Shown piece by piece: positions 24,806 through 32,000 of a DNA stretch of 32,000 bases. Origin of the DNA: an uncultured archaeon (lineage in GTDB: Archaea; Iainarchaeota; Iainarchaeia; Iainarchaeales; 0-14-0-20-30-16). The stretch lies in contig CAZQQS010000003.1 in the NCBI GenBank assembly GCA_964595665.1, positions 1 to 32,000 of the forward strand, read 5' to 3'. The notes beneath the pieces were generated by a model. It saw nothing but the letters and a program-made list of their open reading frames with translations, did not search any database and was not told the origin of the DNA. Position 1 is the first letter of the stretch. Each line of letters begins with the position of its first letter. The position numbers were made by a program, and so were the translations under genes.

Positions 24806-27045
24806 TGGTTATGTTTAAGAGATTTTTGTTTTTGATTTTTGGAATTTTATTGTTATTTAATGTTAGCGCATTAATTATTGATGCTCAAATAAAATTAATT
24901 GCCGTAACTCCAGAAGGACAAGGTACTGACGCAAATTTGAATATAAGTATTGTTGAGGGTTCTGGAAAAGTTTGGACAGCAGTTGATTCTTTAGTAGGTA
25001 CGAGTACCCAAAATACTGAAAAGGTTGCTGTAGAGTTATTAAGAGAATATAATAAAAATTACAATAATTATGATTATTTATTTGATATTAGAAGTCCTGC
25101 GAGATTAGTTGATGGCCCAAGTGCTGGTTTGCCAATTACTTTAGCTTTAATTAAAATGGTTCAAAGTAAAGAATTGCCAAAATATGTTTCGGGTACAGGA
25201 ACAATTTCTTCTAATGGAGACATAGGTAAAGTAGGAAGTGTTTTGGAAAAAACAAAATATGCTTCAAAAATAGGTATTAAGATATTTTTTGTTCCAAAAA
25301 GTGAATTAGAAGCAGTAATAAATGAAGATAATGAAGTTAAAAAAGTAAATTTGTCTGAGTATGCTTATAAAAAATACAATATAAAAGTTATAGGAATTTC
25401 TAATATCAAAGAAGCTTTAGAATATAATTTAGATAATTATGAAGGTATAAAATTAAATTTTGATTTAGAAACTAAAGAAGAATTATTATATAATCCTCCT
25501 GAAAGTAAATTACAAAATAATTTACAAGAATTTAAGAATTACATTTTAGAATATGAAAAGGAAACAGAATTAAATTTGGAGATAGTTTCTAATTTATTAA
25601 ATAATACAAGCATAAAAGATAATGACTTAATAACTCAATTATTTGGATTAATGAACGAAGCAAAAGAGAGTATAGATTTGGGTAAAAGTGCAAATTCTAA
25701 GAATTACATGTATTCTTCAGCAAATCATTTATTTTTAGCAAATATCTCTTTAAACTTAATAAAAGATATTTTAGAAAATGAAACTATTTTGATAGATAAT
25801 AAAATTATAGATACTAAAACAAATTTATTAAAAGAAAATGTAATAGATTATACCGGTATACCTTGTGATAGTTATGAGTGGTATGTAGGTTCCCAAGAAA
25901 GATATTTATGGGCTCAAAACAAAATAAATGTTATTTTAACTACCCCTGGATCAGATATGAGTATTAATTTATTAAAATTAAGAAGTTATGAAGAAGCTAA
26001 AGAATGGTTAAAGATTGCAAAATTATTTAAAAAATATGCTGTTGAAAAAAATTGTTATATTGATGATTCAAAATATGAATTATCAAATATAGATGTTTTA
26101 ACAGAATTAAGTAAAGCAAAAACAGTTATTGAAAAATATGAATTATATGATTCTGAAAAATGGTATTTGGGTGCAATAGATGCAAATTTAAATAATTGGC
26201 ATATTACTTCTATATTTGAAAGTGCAACCACTTTAGCAATTGTAAATACTCATTTAGAGATTAAAGATAAAAACTTGAAAGATATTAAATTAGAAACAAA
26301 AACATTAATAGATTCAATATCCGCAAAAGATTATATTTGGCCTAATTTATACTTACAACATGCGAATTATTTATTTAATGAAGGGTTATTTTCTGAAGAA
26401 AATAACAAATTAGATAATGCTAAGTTAGCTTATGAAAGTTCATATCAATTAGCAATGTTTGCTAATAATTTATTGTCCGTTATAGACGATATTGAAAAAA
26501 ACAAAAATAGTATATCTTATACAAGTATAATTAAGAATTCAACTCAATTAAATGCATCTGATTTGTATATTAAAATAATTATTCTGTTCGTAATCATTAT
26601 TTTAATATTAACTATTGTTTTAGGTATATTTTACAAAAAAACACAAGTAAAGGATAATTTAGAAAGGTATTTAGAATATATTGATTTTAGAATTAAAAAA
26701 TTAAAAATGTTATTAATTGATTTGGAAAATGATTGTAGAAAGCAAAAAATATCTCCTGAAATATATGAAGATTTTAGTGAAAAATGTTATAATGAAATAG
26801 ATACATTAAATTTAGAAAGAGAAAAACTAATTAATAATATTGATCATATTAGAAATGTAAATTCAGAAATTGATAAAAAACATAAAAAAATTAAAGAAAT
26901 TAAAGAACAATATTTAAAAGACAATATAACTCATAATGAGTATTTGAAAAAGATAAAAGAATATGATATAACTTTAAATAAATTAAAAAGTTCTAGAAAT
27001 GAGGATATAAAGAAAATATCTAAAAATATTTTATTAGATGAGTGA
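24805..27045 (+). CDS. Secreted, membrane-anchored Lon-type (S16) serine protease without an ATPase domain, plus large helical ectodomain, TM and SHOCT-like cytoplasmic coiled coil
   Basis: Signal peptide MVMFKRFLFLIFGILLLFNVSA. Lon_C core with catalytic Ser in VDGPSAGLPITLAL and Lys in GKVGSVLEKTKYASKIG. TM is IIILFVIIILILTIVLGIFY. The tail motifs are RKQKISPEIYEDFSEKC and KEQYLKDNITHNEYLKKIKEY. Confidence 0.75.
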   Translation: MVMFKRFLFLIFGILLLFNVSALIIDAQIKLIAVTPEGQGTDANLNISIVEGSGKVWTAVDSLVGTSTQNTEKVAVELLREYNKNYNNYDYLFDIRSPARLVDGPSAGLPITLALIKMVQSKELPKYVSGTGTISSNGDIGKVGSVLEKTKYASKIGIKIFFVPKSELEAVINEDNEVKKVNLSEYAYKKYNIKVIGISNIKEALEYNLDNYEGIKLNFDLETKEELLYNPPESKLQNNLQEFKNYILEYEKETELNLEIVSNLLNNTSIKDNDLITQLFGLMNEAKESIDLGKSANSKNYMYSSANHLFLANISLNLIKDILENETILIDNKIIDTKTNLLKENVIDYTGIPCDSYEWYVGSQERYLWAQNKINVILTTPGSDMSINLLKLRSYEEAKEWLKIAKLFKKYAVEKNCYIDDSKYELSNIDVLTELSKAKTVIEKYELYDSEKWYLGAIDANLNNWHITSIFESATTLAIVNTHLEIKDKNLKDIKLETKTLIDSISAKDYIWPNLYLQHANYLFNEGLFSEENNKLDNAKLAYESSYQLAMFANNLLSVIDDIEKNKNSISYTSIIKNSTQLNASDLYIKIIILFVIIILILTIVLGIFYKKTQVKDNLERYLEYIDFRIKKLKMLLIDLENDCRKQKISPEIYEDFSEKCYNEIDTLNLEREKLINNIDHIRNVNSEIDKKHKKIKEIKEQYLKDNITHNEYLKKIKEYDITLNKLKSSRNEDIKKISKNILLDE

Positions 27046-27050
27046 TATTT

Positions 27051-27623
27051 ATGAAAGAAAATATATTTATTAATAAAAAAACAGATAAGCGATATGAATT
27101 AGTAACAAAAGATATACAATTAGATGCTGGAGTTTACACATTATATGCTGTAGACAGCTACATGTATGTCTTAAAGAAGAAATATAATCCCAAAGATTTT
27201 AACAAAGATTCTAATAACCAAGAACAACAAGAAGAGCAATTGATTGAAGTTAAAGAGGATAGTGCTCAAGATTGGACTAAAAGAGCTTTAGATATTAAGA
27301 AACAATTATTAGAACGAGGATTTTTATCTATAACAGACATTGAAGAAGTAAGAAAAATTTCTTATGTTACGCGAAATGAAATTAATTCTGGGGATGTTTT
27401 AGGAATAAGAGGATTTGATAAGAATTTTTATATTTTTACTAAAAAAACATATGATGATTTAAAAGATAAAGTTTTAGATGCTATGGATAATAAAAGCACA
27501 CCTTTAGAAGATATAATTAAGAAAACTAATTTAGAAGTGGAACAAATTAAAGGTATTATTGAATTATTAAAAGAACAAAGTGATATTATAGAAGTTCATA
27601 GAGATGTTTTTAGAAAGATTTAG
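27051..27623 (+). CDS. Hypothetical protein with C-terminal winged-helix-like segment
   Basis: ATG at 27051 is preferred over the GTG at 27042, which overlaps the upstream stop. The C-terminus STPLEDIIKKTNLEVEQIKGIIELLKEQSDIIEV looks like a wHTH. An acidic/Gln linker lies mid-protein. Confidence 0.4.
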   Translation: MKENIFINKKTDKRYELVTKDIQLDAGVYTLYAVDSYMYVLKKKYNPKDFNKDSNNQEQQEEQLIEVKEDSAQDWTKRALDIKKQLLERGFLSITDIEEVRKISYVTRNEINSGDVLGIRGFDKNFYIFTKKTYDDLKDKVLDAMDNKSTPLEDIIKKTNLEVEQIKGIIELLKEQSDIIEVHRDVFRKI

Positions 27624-27630
27624 TGATTAA

Positions 27631-28326
27631 ATGAACTTAGTAATTAATATCCCAAAAGATAAATTTAATTTGTTAGAACAAGAATATTCAAAATATATGT
27701 CTAATAAAAACCAAAATACTTTATTTGTTGCTCGGAAAAATAATCTAAGCATATCTTTGTATAAAACTGGAAAATTAGTTTTACAAGGGTTAAATGAATT
27801 GGATTTAGAAACTGAGAAGAAATTTATTTTAGGTTTAACTTTTGATTCCAAAGAAGAATTTATTTTGGGCTTTGATGAAACTGGCCGTTCTGAAATAATT
27901 GGGCCAATGGTCATAACTGGTTTATTTGGTCAAAATAAAGATTTAGCAATAGTTAGAGATAGTAAAAAAACAGATAATTTAGAAAAAGCCAAATTATATG
28001 TAGATTCTGGAGCTTTGGGGTATATTACATTTGTTTTAAATCCAAATTTTATAGACTATTTAAGAAGTAAGAATATTAGTTTAAACACAATCGAAGAAAA
28101 ATTTATTTCTAATTCTAAAAGAGTATTTGAAGATCTAAACTTAGAGTTTAAAGCAATAGTAGATGGAAGCGCGTTAAACTCAAATAACATTGGAGTAGAG
28201 TATAAAATTAAAGCTGATGATTTAATACCTGTTGTGAGTGCAGCTAGCATTATATCTAAAACTATAAGAGATGCTAGCAAAAATAAAGATTCAAGAAAAA
28301 CCTGGAATGTTAAATCAAAGCAGTAA
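27631..28326 (+). CDS. Ribonuclease H, type 2: RNase HII-like catalytic core with RNase HIII-type (DUF3378-like) N-terminal domain
   Basis: N-domain string ISLYKTGKLVLQG (compare the RNase HIII x-YxSGKVLFQG string). Catalytic motifs GFDETGRSEIIGPMV, RDSKK, IVDGSA and ADDLIPVVSAASIISKTIRD. Confidence 0.7.
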   Translation: MNLVINIPKDKFNLLEQEYSKYMSNKNQNTLFVARKNNLSISLYKTGKLVLQGLNELDLETEKKFILGLTFDSKEEFILGFDETGRSEIIGPMVITGLFGQNKDLAIVRDSKKTDNLEKAKLYVDSGALGYITFVLNPNFIDYLRSKNISLNTIEEKFISNSKRVFEDLNLEFKAIVDGSALNSNNIGVEYKIKADDLIPVVSAASIISKTIRDASKNKDSRKTWNVKSKQ

Positions 28327-29398
28327 TTATTAAATATAATGCAATTGCCAATAAAATAAGTCCAGTAATCCAATGTAATGTTTTAATGTTTTTTTCTCTT
28401 AATCTTTGTAAAGTTTCTAATTTAAACAATCCAAAGTAGATTAAGAAAACTATTGCAATCATAGGCAATACAAAGATTATATTGTAAATAGTTAACCAAA
28501 ATAAAATCATATTTATTTCTAAATTATGTAATAGCCCAGAAACTAAAACATATGGTCCAGCAGTACAAGGAGTCAAAAAGAAAGCTACAATAAACGCAAT
28601 AATTATTACAGACCAAATACTTGTTGCACCTTCTAATATTTTTTTCATTGTTGGTCTCCAAGATCTTGGAACTTCCATTACAAAGCCCCCAGAGCCATAT
28701 GCTACAGCATCTTTAATATTTAGTGCTGCTAAAATTAAAGCTAATATTCCTATAATCAAATAAATAATATTTGTATTAGTAAATCCACTTAAAAATTTTA
28801 TACCATAAATTAACCCAATACCTATACCAAAATAAACTAAAAATATGGTCATAATAAATGCAAAACCATAACTCAAAACAAATTTTTTATTATTTCTTGC
28901 TAAAACAGATGCTAATAAAATCATTAATACAGCAATTTCACAAGGGTTTATTGAATCTGCTAAAGCCAAACCCAAAATAGTTAAAAAATTAACTTTCTTT
29001 TCTTCTTTTGGCTCTTCTAATTCTTTTACTTGATATAACTCACATTTATTTTCATTACATTCATTTATTTGAGAAACAATATTATTAATTATAATATTTG
29101 ATCCTTGATATATGTTATCATTTATAATTACTACTGGAATACCATAGCTTCTCATATTGAAATCTTGCATACTATTTACAAACAAATCTAAATTTTCTTT
29201 TTCATCAATATTTATCATTATTGAATTAAAATCATATTTATCTTCTATAGAATTTAAAAATAAATTTACATCGTGACAATGTGGACAATTTGGGCTATAA
29301 AAGAAGTAAAAAGGAGCATTATAATCTTCCGCATATCCAAAAGTTAAAAAACTAATTGATAATATTATTGATAAAATTAATAATGCACTTTTATTCAT
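28310..29398 (-). CDS. Thioredoxin-fold (CPHC) domain fused to a CcdA/DsbD-type thiol-disulfide transporter
   Basis: ATG at 29398 gives the signal peptide MNKSALLILSIILSISFLTFGYA. Trx-like FYSPNCPHCHDV. DsbD-type TM Cys motifs ADSINPCEIAVLMILL and FFLTPCTAGPYV. Confidence 0.75.
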   Translation of the reverse strand: MNKSALLILSIILSISFLTFGYAEDYNAPFYFFYSPNCPHCHDVNLFLNSIEDKYDFNSIMINIDEKENLDLFVNSMQDFNMRSYGIPVVIINDNIYQGSNIIINNIVSQINECNENKCELYQVKELEEPKEEKKVNFLTILGLALADSINPCEIAVLMILLASVLARNNKKFVLSYGFAFIMTIFLVYFGIGIGLIYGIKFLSGFTNTNIIYLIIGILALILAALNIKDAVAYGSGGFVMEVPRSWRPTMKKILEGATSIWSVIIIAFIVAFFLTPCTAGPYVLVSGLLHNLEINMILFWLTIYNIIFVLPMIAIVFLIYFGLFKLETLQRLREKNIKTLHWITGLILLAIALYLIITALI

Positions 29399-29406
29399 TA
29401 TAATCA

Positions 29407-30300
29407 CTAATATAAATCAGGATATTTATCTCTAAACTTTCGTATCAATTCTGAATTATAGGGTGTTGGTATACCCATTTTTCTACCTAATTCCAAAATA
29501 AATCCATTTAAAAAATAAACCTCTGTTTTTTTATTTTTCTTCACATCTTGATATGTGCTAGAATAATGATCCATACTTTTTAATGCTAAAAAACTATTCC
29601 ATAAAGACCTTCTAGAATGCATAGGAATTATTTCAGATAATACATCATAAGATTCATCAAATATGTTTTGCATAGTTTTTAGTAATTCTTTACTCTTAAA
29701 TAATTCATTAAATGGCTTCTCTTCAATAGCACAAAGTGCATTTAAAGAACAATTGTATACTGTTTTTTCAGCTCTTTTTATATCTATATCTGGAGTTAGT
29801 TGAGTATTCACGTGAATAGATTTTAATAAATTATATACATCTTTGCTTAATAAATCATCTTCATCCAAAAACCAACCAGCTGCTTTTGATTGATGTAATT
29901 TATTTCCTTCTAAATTAAATCCTTCAATTACAGATACTACTACAAAAGGAGTATTCTTAATTAAATTAATGTACCAACTATTATCCACGTAAGTATTTTG
30001 AATTAAAACAATTAAATCTGTCCTTACTCCAGAATTAGTAATTAATTCTAGATTTTTTTTCAAATCATAATATTTTGAAGTAACAAAAATATAATCATAT
30101 TTTTTATCGGAATCTATTTCAGAATATACTTTTGGAAAAGCAAATTCTTCGTCATTTATGTATAACTTAGAACCTATTGCTTTGGCTTTTTCTCTACCAA
30201 TAACATCTACATCATGGCCTTGAACAAACAATTTGGCAGCTAAATAACTTCCAATTGAACCAGCACCATAAACCAATATACTTTTTTTAGGAATAATCAT
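29407..30300 (-). CDS. 2-dehydropantoate 2-reductase family (ApbA/PanE-like) oxidoreductase
   Basis: Rossmann ILVYGAGSIGSYLAAKLFVQGHDV. The C-domain pattern is KTVYNCSLNALCA...EVYFLNGFILELGRKMGIPTPYN. ATG at 30300 is preferred over TTG at 30315. Confidence 0.7.
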   Translation of the reverse strand: MIIPKKSILVYGAGSIGSYLAAKLFVQGHDVDVIGREKAKAIGSKLYINDEEFAFPKVYSEIDSDKKYDYIFVTSKYYDLKKNLELITNSGVRTDLIVLIQNTYVDNSWYINLIKNTPFVVVSVIEGFNLEGNKLHQSKAAGWFLDEDDLLSKDVYNLLKSIHVNTQLTPDIDIKRAEKTVYNCSLNALCAIEEKPFNELFKSKELLKTMQNIFDESYDVLSEIIPMHSRRSLWNSFLALKSMDHYSSTYQDVKKNKKTEVYFLNGFILELGRKMGIPTPYNSELIRKFRDKYPDLY

Positions 30301-30359
30301 AGTATCACATCTCAAAGCAAAAAGCTAATATAAATATAATCAAAAACTATTTAAATGGT

Positions 30360-31736
30360 TTATTGAGAATTATTGGCTATTTCTTTTTTTTGTTCTTCTG
30401 TTAATCCAAAGTCACCTAATGCTTCTAAAATTGTTGTTTTTAACTCGGTAGGTTTCTCATTTATTTCACTACAGCCAAGTATTTTATTGTTATTTGCCCC
30501 AGATTCAACATTACAATAACAATAAGTAATTTCAAGATTAGGATTAAATTCATTGATATTTTCTTTAGTTCCGGTTAATAAATAATTCATAGGCATTCTA
30601 CCTATATTTTCATATACATCATTATCTTTTATCTTAATTTTTAAATTTACTGAAGATACTTTTCGTTTTATTAATGATCTCATAGTTTCTTCATCACTAA
30701 TTTTAACAACCATAATCTCAGTAGGATAACTTCTATTTTCAGTTATTTCGGTTATATTTAAATCAAAATCATTATTATTATAGATTGTAGTTATATCAGA
30801 AATCAAACTCTGGAAATCTGTTTTTGGAATATTTAAATCATCTAAACTCATAATATTTCCACAATTTGGAAAATTAGTATGGCCATATTCTTTAGATAAT
30901 TCGTCTGTGCTAAAATTTTCAATTTTATTATATGCTAAATAAAATGCTCCAAATAATCTCATTGGCAAGTATAAACTTAATTTAGAGTAAGGCAAAATAG
31001 CATCATCTATTTGACTTTTATCTAAATTATTTATTATTAATATTCTTGGCAAGTAAACATATAAACCATAATTTATTTTAGTAAAATCTAAATTAGTATA
31101 AAAACTACCTCTTTGACAATCATTGTTTTCACAATCCAAAATATTTAAGAATTCTGGACCTTGAGATGACTCATTTATACTCAGAGCTAAATGTGTGCCA
31201 GATAATTTTGTTGCACTTACAGCATTTTCTAAAGACAAATCTTCTGGGTCTGCATTTTGTAAAGCATAATCATAGATTCTAAAAAAATAATTCTCACCTT
31301 TATAATTTCCTCTATAATCTGATAATAAAGCCAATATTTTATTTGTAACGTATCCTGAAAGTTTATTTTGTGAGACATATTCATTAGCATCCACATCTTG
31401 AGTTATATCAATTCCAAATGTTTCAAGAATATAACCTTTTTTATAATCTGGCCAATTATTCGCATCAACTATTGGAATTCCAGAATCCACACTTGACTGA
31501 GAAACATAATAATCATAAAAATTAACTCTATATAATAAGTCAAAAGCAGAAATCGCATCTAATTTAATCATATGTATTGACGAGTCCATTTCTTGTTGTG
31601 TTAATAAGGAATTTAATAAGTTTTGGTAGTTTTGTTCACTATTAGACATATGTTGCATTACTAATACGCCTATGCCTATAATGATAAATCCAACTAAAGC
31701 AGTAAATAAAGTAAACCCTTTTGACTTTTTTAACAT
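30360..31736 (-). CDS. Large type-IV-pilin-like protein (class III signal peptide) with Cys-containing globular domain
   Basis: N-terminus MLKKSKGFTLFTALVGFIIIGIGVLV has a basic n-region, then KG|FTL, then a hydrophobic helix. The remaining roughly 430 aa are orphan sequence with Cys clusters (CENNDC, CGN, YCYCN...GC). Confidence 0.55.
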   Translation of the reverse strand: MLKKSKGFTLFTALVGFIIIGIGVLVMQHMSNSEQNYQNLLNSLLTQQEMDSSIHMIKLDAISAFDLLYRVNFYDYYVSQSSVDSGIPIVDANNWPDYKKGYILETFGIDITQDVDANEYVSQNKLSGYVTNKILALLSDYRGNYKGENYFFRIYDYALQNADPEDLSLENAVSATKLSGTHLALSINESSQGPEFLNILDCENNDCQRGSFYTNLDFTKINYGLYVYLPRILIINNLDKSQIDDAILPYSKLSLYLPMRLFGAFYLAYNKIENFSTDELSKEYGHTNFPNCGNIMSLDDLNIPKTDFQSLISDITTIYNNNDFDLNITEITENRSYPTEIMVVKISDEETMRSLIKRKVSSVNLKIKIKDNDVYENIGRMPMNYLLTGTKENINEFNPNLEITYCYCNVESGANNNKILGCSEINEKPTELKTTILEALGDFGLTEEQKKEIANNSQ

Positions 31737-31766
31737 ATTACTAAAATAAATCTAACTTATATATAG

Positions 31767-32000
31767 TTATCGGTAAATTACTAAAAAATCCCACCAAGGT
31801 TTTTCAGTATTGTATAAAGAACTATTAGAAGCATTATATTTTTCAGTAATAATTTCAGTAATGTTTATTATGCCTAATAATTTTCCAGATCTTTCTTTTG
31901 TTAAAACATATATTGGTACAACATCATAAATTAATGAAATTTCTTTATAATCTTTCTTTTGAACTATTTTTGAATCTAATAAATTAATTTCTTTACCCGA
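31767..32000 (-). CDS. C-terminal fragment of a CBS-domain-like protein (5' end outside the window)
   Basis: My own minus-strand translation reads ..SLIYDVVPIYVLTKERSGKLLGIINITEIITEKY..PWWDFLVIYR*, open to the window edge, with the stop at 31767-31769. It is not in the ORF track because no start codon lies in the window. Confidence 0.4.
   Translation of the reverse strand, partial: SGKEINLLDSKIVQKKDYKEISLIYDVVPIYVLTKERSGKLLGIINITEIITEKYNASNSSLYNTEKPWWDFLVIYR

Noticed and set aside
1-32000. Scan for CRISPR arrays, transposase or IS ends, toxin-antitoxin pairs, restriction-modification or other known defence genes, inteins and recoded stops
   Set aside because: No regularly spaced direct repeats, no transposase-like ORFs or terminal inverted repeats, and no nuclease/ATPase/methylase motif combinations were seen. 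All long ORFs are intact under the standard code, with TAA, TAG and TGA all used as stops.

Overview
Very AT-rich, tightly packed archaeal chromosome segment. Archaeal identity follows from a TATA-box-binding protein, GatD, an archaeal-type D-aminoacyl-tRNA deacylase, a XerA-like recombinase, the AMP phosphorylase / ribose-1,5-bisphosphate isomerase pair and a class-III (prepilin-like) signal peptide. I count about 33 protein genes and no recognisable rRNA, tRNA, CRISPR array or transposon. All three standard stop codons are used. The genes fall into two classes. (i) Recognisable housekeeping: xth, R15P isomerase, AMP phosphorylase, tbp, an MscS channel, valS, glyS, xerA, dtdA, gatD, an RNase H, a ketopantoate-reductase-family protein and a Trx-CcdA fusion. 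(ii) An unusually large set of orphan secreted or membrane-anchored proteins, plus one 1003-aa cytoplasmic orphan. The window shows start/stop overlaps, three convergent 3' overlaps, GGTGA-type Shine-Dalgarno sites on internal genes and apparently leaderless first genes. This compaction and the surface-heavy orphan content fit a reduced, DPANN-like episymbiotic archaeon; that is inference only. No canonical defence or mobile system is visible. The best candidates for something undescribed are: the 1003-aa orphan between glyS and valS; two unrelated ectodomain proteins (one an ATPase-less Lon-type protease) that share a SHOCT-like cytoplasmic tail; an RNase HII core fused to an RNase HIII-type N-domain; a 458-aa protein with a bacterial-style KGFTL prepilin leader next to a Trx-CcdA disulfide module; a GC-rich structured intergenic element downstream of xerA; and a dif-like palindrome upstream of xerA. 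All functional calls come from motif recognition by eye; no searches were run.
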